From an uncultured virus (IMG/VR IMGVR_UViG_3300023184_002233) (Duplodnaviria; Heunggongvirae; Uroviricota; Caudoviricetes): a stretch of 64,000 nt of DNA. A program made the position numbers and the translations under genes. A model generated the notes under the pieces. That model was not told where the DNA came from, ran no database searches, and worked only from the letters and a program-made list of their open reading frames with translations. The stretch lies in the IMG/VR virus record IMGVR_UViG_3300023184_002233; one strand, written 5' to 3'. Shown here piece after piece: positions 41,830-52,254 of the stretch (position 1 is the first letter of the stretch; each line of letters starts with the position of its first letter).

Positions 41830-43250
41830 CGACTCCTTATAATTTACCCTTGTTTTACGATGTAATTTTACCTAATTATATAATGCCCAATGCATTAATA
41901 TCAGAATTGGCTATTGTTAATTATTTGCATTCTATGAATTCAACTAGAGATTTGCGTAGTAATTCTTTTTTTGAGCAAAATCTTAATGCGGGCAATGACG
42001 AATATAACCCACTAACATTTTTATTTGATAAAAGTTTTGGTAACTTTCCTAATTCAACAGGCGGAGGTGGAAACCTAAGTGCAGGAATGTATGATTCACT
42101 TATTAACCGTAATGTAAATTCTCTATATATAGGAAAAAGAACAGTAAACAAATACATTTATCCTATAACAATGTCACCGCATATTGATGATTTTTCCGGT
42201 GTGACTCGGCAGGGTAGTAAATTAAACGGCGAATATTTTTGGAAACATATGTCGGCTCAGGCGTTGGAAGATGCTAAAAATGGACGAGCATTAATATTTT
42301 TAGACCTAGCACAAGAAAATTATATTGAATCATATCAATATGAAAAAATACATTATGGTATTGAAAGAAGTGAAATTCCAAAAGAACAAATAGTATTAGC
42401 ATTTAATAGCTTCAATGCACAGGAGCTGTATGAAACGTGGTTTAGTTCTGATCAACGAAAATTAAAAGTTATAAACTGGCCTTATGTAATGGCTAATACA
42501 TCATATTATTATAGTATTGTGACTGCCGCTAGGATAGATCCTTTAAAATTTATCTCAACTAAAAATACTATTAGAAAAAATCATTTTGTTTTTAAGATAA
42601 GAAGACCTAGACCTTATAGACAAGTATTACTATTTAAAATGTGTTCAGATAATTTGTTAGATTTGGGCGATTGGTCTTGGTTGCAAGAAACTAATTATGA
42701 TGAAAAAAATTTAGAAAGTATTAAACATTATTACCAGTTTGATATTGATAATGAAAAAATAAAAAATCTGTATAAACAGTTACCACACTCATTACAAGAT
42801 GAACAAGGATCTTATTCCTCTATTAGTTCTTGGACAGATAGACAAACATTAACATATGAAAATGCTTATTTTTATATATGTACTGAAACATATGTTCACG
42901 GGGAACATAAATCGGTCACTGAAAAAGTTTGTAAACCAATGGTTAATTTCCTACCATTCTTGTTTGTATCCTTTAAAGGTGCATTGGCTTGGCTAAGACA
43001 TTTAGGATTTAAAACATTTTCCCCATTTATTGACGAAAGTTATGATGACGAACCAAATGAAAGTAAAAGAGTTAATATGGTATATAACGAAATAAAAAAA
43101 TTATGCAATATGTCTAAAGAAGAATTGCATGATTGGTATTGGCAAATGAGAGATATCTTACTGCACAATCATTATCATTTATTAAACTTTCATAAAACAG
43201 ATACTCATGCTGTAAAGTTAATAGAATACTTAGATAGCAGGGTAAACTAA
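41826..43250 (+). CDS. Putative glycosyltransferase (GT-B/GT10-like C-terminal domain)
   Basis: RRPRPYR; ICTET...VTEKVCKP...PF.......L..LGFKTF...IDESYD. Confidence 0.55.
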   Translation: MTTPYNLPLFYDVILPNYIMPNALISELAIVNYLHSMNSTRDLRSNSFFEQNLNAGNDEYNPLTFLFDKSFGNFPNSTGGGGNLSAGMYDSLINRNVNSLYIGKRTVNKYIYPITMSPHIDDFSGVTRQGSKLNGEYFWKHMSAQALEDAKNGRALIFLDLAQENYIESYQYEKIHYGIERSEIPKEQIVLAFNSFNAQELYETWFSSDQRKLKVINWPYVMANTSYYYSIVTAARIDPLKFISTKNTIRKNHFVFKIRRPRPYRQVLLFKMCSDNLLDLGDWSWLQETNYDEKNLESIKHYYQFDIDNEKIKNLYKQLPHSLQDEQGSYSSISSWTDRQTLTYENAYFYICTETYVHGEHKSVTEKVCKPMVNFLPFLFVSFKGALAWLRHLGFKTFSPFIDESYDDEPNESKRVNMVYNEIKKLCNMSKEELHDWYWQMRDILLHNHYHLLNFHKTDTHAVKLIEYLDSRVN

Positions 43251-43867
43251 TGGCATACGATATTTCTATTTTGGGTTTTATGAAAGAATCCGAATTGCAA
43301 GTTTTAGAACAGTTAGCGTCTACCGTTCCTGACAATGGGGTTATTGTTGAAATTGGATCTTGTTTTGCAAGAAGTTCTGTGTGTTGGGCAAAATCTGCAC
43401 CTCACGCCACTGTTTACTGTGTAGACACCTTCTCCGATCAAGATTGGGTATGTGAGGCACAATATTCTAATGACTATGATATTATCCATGGGTGTCCGCG
43501 CACCGGTGAAATTTATAATACAAAAAAAGAATTTATAAAAAACACAAAAGATATACCAAACATTGTAATGATTGAAGGAAATAGTCCTCACGTTGAATAT
43601 AATGGCAAAGAGATTGACCTGTTCTTTTTAGATGCATTACACATGAATCCAAATGATTGGGATAATCTGTGTCATTGGATACCATTGTGCAAACCAAATG
43701 CAATAATTTGTGGACATGATATGGTTGATGACTTCCCTGACGTACAAAATAATGTTTGGCGACTGGAAAAGCTATTAAATAAGAATGTCACGTTATATTC
43801 AAATGGTACTGTTTGGAGTTTTAAATTGGACCGAGCAATATCTAAAAATGAATTATTAAATATATGA
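43250..43867 (+). CDS. Class I SAM-dependent methyltransferase (Methyltransf_24-like)
   Basis: VEIGS..ARSS, YCVDTF, DLFFLDALH, IICGHD. Confidence 0.8.
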   Translation: MAYDISILGFMKESELQVLEQLASTVPDNGVIVEIGSCFARSSVCWAKSAPHATVYCVDTFSDQDWVCEAQYSNDYDIIHGCPRTGEIYNTKKEFIKNTKDIPNIVMIEGNSPHVEYNGKEIDLFFLDALHMNPNDWDNLCHWIPLCKPNAIICGHDMVDDFPDVQNNVWRLEKLLNKNVTLYSNGTVWSFKLDRAISKNELLNI

Positions 43868-44520
43868 CAACATTAAATTTAAACTGGGTTAAAGAAAACT
43901 TTAACAAAGAAGAACACTTTACATTTTTTGATGTTGGTGCTGCTGATCTAGAAGCATCAATAGCACTTAAACAACTAATGCCCTCAGCCAATGTTTATGC
44001 ATTTGAAGCATTTGACAATTTTCACGAAATAAATGAGGAAGTTGCTTTAAAAAAAGGCATACATTATCACAAGGGTGCAGTTTCTGCTATAGACGGCGTT
44101 GTTACATTTTATCCTAGTATAATGCAGGGAGCACACAAACATCCCTTTTCAGGAAGTATATTCAAACCAGTACCTTCTCATGTTGAAAAACATGCTCAAG
44201 TTTATGGAGATTCGGTAACTGTTGCTAGTATTAGATTAGAAACATTTTGTAAAACGCATAATATAACTCCGGACTTTATTCACATTGATGTTGAAGGTGC
44301 TGAAGTTAAAGTTCTTGCAAACATGGGAAACCATAAACCAAAATGTATCTGGGCAGAAACATGTGCATTTGAGTGCTATGATACTAATACTTCATCTATT
44401 GTATTAGATTATATGTTGCATAAGCTAGGCTATTATAAAGTATATAGTAATGGTATGGATACATTATATTGCCAACGTGATTTTGTCATTACACCATATA
44501 TAACTAAGGAGACTGCATAA
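43864..44520 (+). CDS. FkbM-family methyltransferase
   Basis: FFDVGA, VYAFEA, SIRLE, DFIHIDVEGAE. Confidence 0.8.
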   Translation: MTTLNLNWVKENFNKEEHFTFFDVGAADLEASIALKQLMPSANVYAFEAFDNFHEINEEVALKKGIHYHKGAVSAIDGVVTFYPSIMQGAHKHPFSGSIFKPVPSHVEKHAQVYGDSVTVASIRLETFCKTHNITPDFIHIDVEGAEVKVLANMGNHKPKCIWAETCAFECYDTNTSSIVLDYMLHKLGYYKVYSNGMDTLYCQRDFVITPYITKETA

Positions 44521-44524
44521 AATT

Positions 44525-45070
44525 ATGAATTATAAATCTAACACGTGGGAATACGTAGATATTTCCTATTTAAAAACTTTTGGACAACAAGTTCCGGTAT
44601 ATTCTCCCTCTGTGTATAGAGAGTTTAGAGGAGAAATATTTACAACTTATCATTCTGAAACTCATCCTGTTAATACATTATTACCGAATGATTGTGCAAC
44701 ACACGTAAGATTTTCTAAATCGTACAAAAATGTATTACGTGGATTACATTACGATGATAAAACTTATAAACTGGTACAAGCATTGGCGGGGGAAATATAC
44801 CTAGTAGTGTTAGATGTTAGAGAAGGGTCTGATACATTTGGTAAATGGGAATCATATATCATTTCTGAAAAAACCAGAGACCAAGTACTAGTACCGCCCG
44901 GATTTGCAAATGGACATTATGCATTAACTGATTGTATATTTCATTATAATTTGTTCTATGGCGGTGGATATGTAGATGAAAATAAACAAGGTGTGATTAA
45001 ATGGAATGACCCTAAATTTAATATTGAATGGCCAACGGTTACTCCAACACTACAACAAAGAGATAGATAA
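44525..45070 (+). CDS. rmlC: dTDP-4-dehydrorhamnose 3,5-epimerase-like (RmlC cupin)
   Basis: EFRG, S.KNVLRGLHY, K.V....GEI..V.LD.R.GS.TFG.W, VPPGFANGH, I.WNDP..NI.WP. Confidence 0.8.
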   Translation: MNYKSNTWEYVDISYLKTFGQQVPVYSPSVYREFRGEIFTTYHSETHPVNTLLPNDCATHVRFSKSYKNVLRGLHYDDKTYKLVQALAGEIYLVVLDVREGSDTFGKWESYIISEKTRDQVLVPPGFANGHYALTDCIFHYNLFYGGGYVDENKQGVIKWNDPKFNIEWPTVTPTLQQRDR

Positions 45071-45071
45071 C

Positions 45072-45701
45072 ATGATTAAGAATTTAGAAAAATATAGTGA
45101 AGTAAGAGATATAAAAATCACAGTTGCTGACTTAATTGATTTTGAACAAAAGATAGTAGAGCATTGGGAAAATGCAAAAATTAGAGGCCCTATTCATTTG
45201 TCAAATGGAAATGAAGAATCTTTAATTGAGATATTTAAATGTATCAAGACTTCAGATTGGGTATTTAGTACCTGGCGCTCACATTATCATGCGTTATTAA
45301 AGGGAATAGACCCTAACTTCATTGAAAATGAAATACTTGCAGGAAAATCAATAACCATATGTAATATGGATGAGAAGTTTTATTCTTCAGCTATTGTGGG
45401 AGGAACATTATCTGTTGCATTGGGGGTAGCACAATCAATAAAGAAAGACAATGGTACTGATAAAGTTTGGTGCTTTATTGGAGATATGAGTTTTGAAAGT
45501 GGTATATTTTATGAAGTTCATAAGTATGCTAGAAATTTTGATTTGCCATTATACTTTGTTGTAGAAGATAATGGACTATCAACATATACTCCTACCGACA
45601 TGACATGGAATTCTAAAAGGGATATTCCAAATGATGTTATTCATTACACATATACATCAAAATTTCCACATTACGGGACGGGCAAATGGATCGCATTTTA
45701 A
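45072..45701 (+). CDS. TPP-dependent enzyme alpha subunit (dehydrogenase E1-alpha-like, short)
   Basis: GPIHLS.G.E, STWRSHYHALLKG, SAIVGG, TPP motif GDM...EDN; ATG 45072 follows rmlC stop (ORF track starts at 45006). Confidence 0.8.
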   Translation: MIKNLEKYSEVRDIKITVADLIDFEQKIVEHWENAKIRGPIHLSNGNEESLIEIFKCIKTSDWVFSTWRSHYHALLKGIDPNFIENEILAGKSITICNMDEKFYSSAIVGGTLSVALGVAQSIKKDNGTDKVWCFIGDMSFESGIFYEVHKYARNFDLPLYFVVEDNGLSTYTPTDMTWNSKRDIPNDVIHYTYTSKFPHYGTGKWIAF

Positions 45702-47119
45702 AATTAATATATGATAATATATTGCCAAGAAAACACAGAAACGAAGAAATTTTATTAAATGGAGTTCATCCGGCTGTTATTTCTTACATAAAAAAATTTA
45801 GTAATGATGTATACGAGGGTAAAAAATCTATACCACAGTTATGTGATGAAATTCAAAGTTTTAATGAAGATTCCTCTTGGAGTTGTTTTTTTAGACATGC
45901 TAATTTTATCGGATACTACCGAACTCACTTTATGCAGGAAAATATAATTAAAATTAATGAAATAAAAGATGATGACGCAATATATCTATATCCAATTGAA
46001 GTTGCGACAACTTTAAATGATTTTTATTTGGACCACCGGCTAAAAATAGAAGATACCATATATAACTATCATTTTATAGATACACTTGACCCTGTAATTT
46101 TAAATCATTTAAGAACTGGAAAAGTTAAACTAGTATTAAATGTTATACACGACCCAATAGATAATCCCTCCCCACTTATAAAAATTGAAAATTATTTATC
46201 ATTGCATGGAATAGATCCTAGTAATTGTATAGTTATTTCAGGAAATAATTATCAAGACTACTATAAAATAAATCCAAATGCTAAACTAAAAATTACTAGT
46301 GGATTTGTAGTATTGGGCCAACCTGCCGTTGACATGGAAAAGTATCCTAAAACGGGATCTTTGGGATACATATGTGATATGGTTAGGGAATCAGATTTGG
46401 ATAATACAAAAATTAGACCAAAAAAGTTTTTGTGTTTTAATAGAAATATGCGCCCGCACAGAAATGTTTTAGCATATTTGGCAGTTAAACATAATTTATT
46501 GAAAGATAGTATTTTTAGTTTTGTGGTTCCATCCGGTGATAATAATAATCCTGACTATACTAATATAAGAGGAGATGTGTTTCATTTATTGGAAGATACT
46601 CCGGATGAAGATGTGTGTAAAGAAGTTATTAAATATATGCCACTTGAACTTGATACTCATCACCTTGAAAAAAATCAAAAAAACGGATTTGCTACTAATA
46701 ACAATAATAAAGAGTGGTATATAGATACATATTTTCATATAACTAGTGAAACTTCATTTAATGGAGATAGTAGATATCCATTTTTCTCAGAAAAAACTTT
46801 TCATCCTATCGTTAATTTACAACCGTTCATATTTGTAGGGAATCCGTTTTCCTTAAAGCAGTTGCAAGACTTTGGTTTTAAAACATTTCACCCTTATATT
46901 GATGAAACATATGATCAAATAGTAGAATCAAAAGAAAGATTTAAATTAATAGAAAAAGAAATAGAAAAATTAGCGTCAATGACACCGCAAGAATTGCACG
47001 ATTTATATTATCTATTATCAGACCGGGTTATCTATAATCAGAATTTGCTAAGAACTTTTATAAATTATTACCCGTTTCAAACAGCGTTAGATGATATAAA
47101 AAAATTCTACTCAAATTAA
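45686..47119 (+). CDS. Putative glycosyltransferase, paralogue of 41826-43250
   Basis: KFLCFNRNMRPHR; ITSET...FSEKTFHP..NLQPF...G....L..L...GFKTFHPYIDETYD. Confidence 0.55.
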   Translation: MDRILKLIYDNILPRKHRNEEILLNGVHPAVISYIKKFSNDVYEGKKSIPQLCDEIQSFNEDSSWSCFFRHANFIGYYRTHFMQENIIKINEIKDDDAIYLYPIEVATTLNDFYLDHRLKIEDTIYNYHFIDTLDPVILNHLRTGKVKLVLNVIHDPIDNPSPLIKIENYLSLHGIDPSNCIVISGNNYQDYYKINPNAKLKITSGFVVLGQPAVDMEKYPKTGSLGYICDMVRESDLDNTKIRPKKFLCFNRNMRPHRNVLAYLAVKHNLLKDSIFSFVVPSGDNNNPDYTNIRGDVFHLLEDTPDEDVCKEVIKYMPLELDTHHLEKNQKNGFATNNNNKEWYIDTYFHITSETSFNGDSRYPFFSEKTFHPIVNLQPFIFVGNPFSLKQLQDFGFKTFHPYIDETYDQIVESKERFKLIEKEIEKLASMTPQELHDLYYLLSDRVIYNQNLLRTFINYYPFQTALDDIKKFYSN

Positions 47120-47134
47120 TCAATTAAATAAAAT

Positions 47135-48121
47135 ATGGAATTAAAAAATAAAACAGTTTTAATAACCGGAGCCAATGGTTTAGTTGGTTTACCGACGGTT
47201 GAAAAATGCATATTAGAAGGTGCATCAAAGGTATTCGCAGTTGATATTGTCATAGGAGACAAGTTAACTAATTTACAAATCAAATATCCAGAAAAGATAG
47301 TGTTGTTAAAAACAGATTTAACTTATCTACATCATTGTGAAGCTATATTCGCTGAACACGATATTAATATTGTATTACACATTGCAGGGGTAAAAGGTTC
47401 ACCGGCCCGTTCTAATAAACAACCGTGTGATTATCTATTTCCAATGTTAATGTTTAACACAAATATGATTAAAGCAGCATTTGATGCTAAAGTAGATTGG
47501 TTTGTCTATCTATCTAGCGTTGGGGTATATCAACCAGCAGAAATGATGAACGAAGATGATGTATGGAAAACTACTCCAAGTCAAAACGATTGGTATCCAG
47601 GGTGGGCCAAACGTATGGGAGAAGCTACATTAGAATCATTAAAAGTACAGTATGGATGGGACAATTGGACAGTTATCCGTCCGTCAAATATATATGGATT
47701 GAATGATAACTTTGCACAAGATGCTACTGTAATCAGTTCTAACATTTGGAAATTATTTAACGCAACCGGCAATGATATAGTATGCTGGGGAAATGGTTCA
47801 GCACGTAGAGACTTTGTGTTTGGGGATGATGTTGCACAGGCAACTATTGATGTGGTTAAAAAAGAAGTTAAAGACATTATAAACTTTGGATGCGGCACAG
47901 CAGTCTCAATCAAAGAAACTATTGAAGCAATTATAGATTCATACGAAGAAATCTCAGGAATCAAAAAGAACATAGTATGGGATGAAACAAAAACTAACGG
48001 TGACCTTATAAGGTGTCTAGGTGCAGAAAGACAAATAAAATATCAAATATTACCATCAACCTCCTTGAAGGACGGAATTAAACAAACTATTTTATCTTAT
48101 CAATCTATCATCCGGTCGTAA
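47135..48121 (+). CDS. Extended SDR, GDP-fucose-synthase-like NDP-sugar epimerase/reductase
   Basis: TGANGLVG, HIAG, SSVGVY, GWAKRMGE, RPSNIYG.NDNF, WG.GSARRDF. Confidence 0.8.
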   Translation: MELKNKTVLITGANGLVGLPTVEKCILEGASKVFAVDIVIGDKLTNLQIKYPEKIVLLKTDLTYLHHCEAIFAEHDINIVLHIAGVKGSPARSNKQPCDYLFPMLMFNTNMIKAAFDAKVDWFVYLSSVGVYQPAEMMNEDDVWKTTPSQNDWYPGWAKRMGEATLESLKVQYGWDNWTVIRPSNIYGLNDNFAQDATVISSNIWKLFNATGNDIVCWGNGSARRDFVFGDDVAQATIDVVKKEVKDIINFGCGTAVSIKETIEAIIDSYEEISGIKKNIVWDETKTNGDLIRCLGAERQIKYQILPSTSLKDGIKQTILSYQSIIRS

Positions 48122-48166
48122 ATATACAAAACTTATAACAATCTCACTTTTAACAGAATAGAATAT

Positions 48167-49159
48167 ATGAATAAAACAGACAGAATTTTAGTAACAGGCG
48201 CAAGTGGATTCATTGGATCACACATTTTACGTACACTATATGAAAAAGGCTATAGAAACTTACGTTCAACTACATACAGTAGAAATTTAAGAAAAGATTT
48301 CTATGGATGGGAAACAGTAGAAAATCATCACGGGGATTTGCGTACAGCAGAATTTTGTGAAAAAGTTTCACGAGAAGTTGATGTAATCATACACTGTGCC
48401 GCAAATACATCAAATGCATTAGATACCAAATTTAATCCATTGTTACATGTAACCCCAAACATTGAAATGAATACCAATTTGATGGAACAAAGTTGGAAAA
48501 ACAAAGTTAAAAAATTTGTATTCATTTCTTCTAACACTGTATACCCTGATATGGGAACAGAGTATTGTATTGAAGATATTGATATACACGGTACCCCATT
48601 AATTCCAGTGTATAAAGCAGTAGGTGGCATGAAAAGATATAGTGAAAGTCTGTGTGACTTTTTCTCTAATCAAGTACATAACCCCATGCAATGCGTAATC
48701 ATTAGGCCCAGTAATGCATTTGGGCCAAACGATAAATTTGATTATGAAAAATGTCATGTTACCCCTGCAAGTATACGTAAAGTTGCAGATGGATTGAATC
48801 CAATTCCAGTTTGGGGAGACGGCACTGATGTACGTGATTTATTACATGTTGAAGATATGGCAGAAGGAATTGTGTTTGTTGCTGAAAATGTAGACAAATA
48901 TGATGTATACAATGTGTGCTATGGTTCAGGATATACAGTAAACGAAGTATTGCAAATATTAAAAGAACTTGATAATAATGAGTATCCAATTGAATATGTA
49001 AATAACAAGGCATTTATGATTTCTGTTCGCTTATTGTCTAGTGAGAAAGTAAATAAGTTAGGATGGAAACCAAAATTTGAACTGCGTGAGGCACTTGAGA
49101 AAACAATGCGTTGGTATAAAGTCAACAAACATCAATATAATCCGGACAGCAAACCATGA
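48167..49159 (+). CDS. Extended SDR, GDP-fucose-synthase-like
   Basis: TGASGFIG, HCAA, SSNTVYP, RPSN.FGP.D.F...CHV.PA, VWGDG.DVRD.LHVED. Confidence 0.8.
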   Translation: MNKTDRILVTGASGFIGSHILRTLYEKGYRNLRSTTYSRNLRKDFYGWETVENHHGDLRTAEFCEKVSREVDVIIHCAANTSNALDTKFNPLLHVTPNIEMNTNLMEQSWKNKVKKFVFISSNTVYPDMGTEYCIEDIDIHGTPLIPVYKAVGGMKRYSESLCDFFSNQVHNPMQCVIIRPSNAFGPNDKFDYEKCHVTPASIRKVADGLNPIPVWGDGTDVRDLLHVEDMAEGIVFVAENVDKYDVYNVCYGSGYTVNEVLQILKELDNNEYPIEYVNNKAFMISVRLLSSEKVNKLGWKPKFELREALEKTMRWYKVNKHQYNPDSKP

Positions 49160-50094
49160 ACAAAGTACTTATAACAGGTGGAGCAGGGTATCTTGGATCA
49201 ACATTAGCTGAACATCTATTGGATAACGGATATGCCGTTACAGTATTAGATAACTTAAACTTTAAACAACTGTCTCTACTACATCTTTTCAAGCGTGATA
49301 ACTTTAAGTTTCATTTAGGTGATGTTCGCAATACTGAATTGTTACTTAAACTAGTTAAAGAACATGATGTTATAATACCACTTGCAGCAATTGTGGGGAT
49401 GCCTGCTTGTAAAGCAAATCCTGATTTAGCAGTAGATGTTAATTTTAAGCATATAGACAATATAGTAAAAATATTACGAGATGATCAGAAATTAATCATA
49501 CCAAACACAAATAGTCAATATGGGTCAAGTGATACAATTATCACAGAAGATAGTCCATTTAAACCATTATCCTTGTATGCTAAAACCAAATGTGATGCTG
49601 AAGATTCGGTATTGGGTAATGGTAACGGGATAGCATTACGATTGGCTACTGTATTTGGGGTTAGCCCAAGAATGCGACAAGATTTATTAGTAAATGATTT
49701 TGTATATAAAAGCATTGTTGATGGCTATCTAGTTTTATTTGAGGCACACTTCAAACGCAACTATATACATGTGCAGGATATAGCACAAACCTTTAGATTT
49801 ATGATTGAAAACTATGATCTTTGTAGAGGTCAAGCATTCAATGTTGGATTGTCTACTGCTAATTTAAGTAAATTGGAACTAGCAGAAAAGATAAAAGAAC
49901 ATTTGCCCAATCTTGTAATTAAGCAAGATGAATTTAAAGAAGATTTTGATAAGAGAAATTATATAGTTTCAAATGAAAAGATAGAGAAGTTAGGATGGAG
50001 TCCTAAATATGATTTAGACTATGGGATTAAACAGTTGATAGAGGCCTATCAATTGGTTATCACGGTCAATAACCGGAACTTTACAAATTTATGA
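49156..50094 (+). CDS. NAD-dependent epimerase/dehydratase/reductase (extended SDR)
   Basis: TGGAGYLG, LAAIVG.PAC, YAKTK (YxxxK), LRLATVFG.SPRMR.DLLVN. Confidence 0.85.
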   Translation: MNKVLITGGAGYLGSTLAEHLLDNGYAVTVLDNLNFKQLSLLHLFKRDNFKFHLGDVRNTELLLKLVKEHDVIIPLAAIVGMPACKANPDLAVDVNFKHIDNIVKILRDDQKLIIPNTNSQYGSSDTIITEDSPFKPLSLYAKTKCDAEDSVLGNGNGIALRLATVFGVSPRMRQDLLVNDFVYKSIVDGYLVLFEAHFKRNYIHVQDIAQTFRFMIENYDLCRGQAFNVGLSTANLSKLELAEKIKEHLPNLVIKQDEFKEDFDKRNYIVSNEKIEKLGWSPKYDLDYGIKQLIEAYQLVITVNNRNFTNL

Positions 50095-50519
50095 GCGAAC
50101 GAAAATATTTACATACATTAGGTGATTTGGTTGATAGACTATCTATTGTACAACTAAAAGAAGTGTTTATTCCAGAATTTAAAGAAGAATATTCACAAGA
50201 AATTAAAGATATTGTGCATGACATTCAAGTAATTTTGGATGAAACAAAAGGAGAAATTGATGCAGAAACAATACGTGCTATTGTAGTAGTTGCACAAATG
50301 AATCTTCATATTTGGCATAATGAATCAAATTACCGTAGGGGAATTAAAGATGGCAATAATCTTGAACTTACTCACGGGTTAAACGGGATACGAAATACTG
50401 CTAAAAATAAAATCCAAGAAGTAATTGGTGGAAGAAAAGATTATAAAGTGGATTGTCTTGCTGCTGACTGGAAAGATTGGGAAGTCAGTTGGGCTACTAA
50501 AGATGAAACCAAAAAGTGA
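50091..50519 (+). CDS. Small helical protein, DUF4254/DUF6165-like
   Basis: TLGDLVDRLSIVQLK, N..IWH.E...R, N..RN..KN.I motifs. Confidence 0.5.
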   Translation: MSERKYLHTLGDLVDRLSIVQLKEVFIPEFKEEYSQEIKDIVHDIQVILDETKGEIDAETIRAIVVVAQMNLHIWHNESNYRRGIKDGNNLELTHGLNGIRNTAKNKIQEVIGGRKDYKVDCLAADWKDWEVSWATKDETKK

Positions 50520-51381
50520 TAAGTTGCCAATAAAGGCTATTGCATTTGCAGGTTGCTCATTTACATGGGGGCAAGGTCTTCATTATTATAGTAATTTACC
50601 TAATATGCAAGAATCCGGCGAGTGGTTATATGATGCCACACTAGTATCTTTTGTTAATTATGAATTTATAAAATCGGTTAGATTTCCTAGATTAGTAGCA
50701 AATCATTTTAACACCTGTGAGTTAACGCAGCCATTTAATGGAGGTAATACTGAAAGAATTTTAAACTGGTGGCATGACTGTTTTGATTTAACCAATTTAA
50801 CTACAAATCAACTAAGTATAAATTCTATGGACAGTAAACCTAAATACATTGCCAATGAAGTATCACATTTGATATTTCAATTTACACAATGGCATAGAAC
50901 TTCTAGGGTTATAGAATTTTTAGGTAAAAATTACGGCACATATACTCACAATGAGTTTTGGAGTACGGAATCTAATCTATTACTTAGATGGTTAAAAAAA
51001 AATAAAATGACATTGGATGATTATATAGAAAAAGCAAAACAAGAAGATGTACTTACTGTCAAAAAATATTTACAAATTTTTGAGAGTAAGGGAATTAAGA
51101 CTTATATTTTATCCTGGCCAGCTGACCTACTGCCGTATATAAAACAAGACAATTGGTTAAGCGAAAAATTAATAACTCTTAAATATAAAGGTAATGAATA
51201 TTTTTCTATAGAAGATTTAAAAGGTCCAGAATTTGGTGGGGGCCCGCATCCCGAACTGACTATAAAACTAGACACTGATCATTTTGAGATTCCCCCTAAG
51301 GATAATCACCCCTCATTGAAATGTCATCAAGTAATAGCAAATAGTATAATTAATCATTTAGAAAATGAATTTTTAAAATGA
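50503..51381 (+). CDS. SGNH-like protein (tandem duplicate A)
   Basis: FAGCSFTWGQGL; DNHPS..CH; ATG 50503 aligns with the paralogue start (ORF track extends to 50425). Confidence 0.6.
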   Translation: MKPKSDKLPIKAIAFAGCSFTWGQGLHYYSNLPNMQESGEWLYDATLVSFVNYEFIKSVRFPRLVANHFNTCELTQPFNGGNTERILNWWHDCFDLTNLTTNQLSINSMDSKPKYIANEVSHLIFQFTQWHRTSRVIEFLGKNYGTYTHNEFWSTESNLLLRWLKKNKMTLDDYIEKAKQEDVLTVKKYLQIFESKGIKTYILSWPADLLPYIKQDNWLSEKLITLKYKGNEYFSIEDLKGPEFGGGPHPELTIKLDTDHFEIPPKDNHPSLKCHQVIANSIINHLENEFLK

Positions 51382-52220
51382 AATCAAATAGTGACAATCA
51401 AATAAAAGGTATTGTATTTGCAGGCTGCTCTTTCACCTGGGGACAAGGTCTATATTACTATAGTAATTTGCCAACGTTGACATCACCGGAAGCATATGTA
51501 TACGATAGGTCTTCATTAACGGAAACTCATATTGAATTTATGAAGTCTGTTAGGTTTCCTAGACTAGTTGCTAATCACTTTGAAACTTTTGAATTAACTC
51601 AACCGTTTAACGGCGGCGCTACTTATTCAATTTTGGATTGGTGGAAATGTGCTTTTTCTAAAAGTGATAACGCTGCACAAGAAATACCCACATTAAGATA
51701 TGATTATAGTGATGTATCTCATGTAGTTTTTCAATTTACTCAATGGCAGCGAAGTAGTACTAAAATAAAATATAAAAACAATGATCTTGGACCACTAACT
51801 CATCACACACATTTTACAAAATATAAAAATATATTTTTTGAATGGCTTGAAGAAAATAATATGACTTTTGATGAGTACATTGAATTGAGTAAACAACAAG
51901 ACATTGTAGATATAAAAAATTTCTTACAGAATTTTGAAAATCACGGGGTTAAAACATCTGTACTAACATGGCCAGATGATATGGTTTCCTCTATAAAAAA
52001 TGACATTTGGTTAAAAGAACGATATATTGACTTTGAATATGAAGGTAATACTTATGGTAGTATTGAAAGTTTGATAGAAAATAACAAATACTTAGAAATA
52101 ATAAATGATTATACTAACTTCATTGAACCACCAAAAGATGGCCATCCAACAATCAAATGCCATAAAATAATTGCAGAAAATGTAATACGGAAACTTTCGT
52201 TAAAAAAAGAAATTATTTAA
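51378..52220 (+). CDS. SGNH-like protein (tandem duplicate B)
   Basis: FAGCSFTWGQGL; DGHPT..CH; long blocks shared with preceding gene. Confidence 0.6.
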   Translation: MKSNSDNQIKGIVFAGCSFTWGQGLYYYSNLPTLTSPEAYVYDRSSLTETHIEFMKSVRFPRLVANHFETFELTQPFNGGATYSILDWWKCAFSKSDNAAQEIPTLRYDYSDVSHVVFQFTQWQRSSTKIKYKNNDLGPLTHHTHFTKYKNIFFEWLEENNMTFDEYIELSKQQDIVDIKNFLQNFENHGVKTSVLTWPDDMVSSIKNDIWLKERYIDFEYEGNTYGSIESLIENNKYLEIINDYTNFIEPPKDGHPTIKCHKIIAENVIRKLSLKKEII

Positions 52221-52254
52221 CAGGTTACACCATAGTTAAAAGAAAACAAAATAT

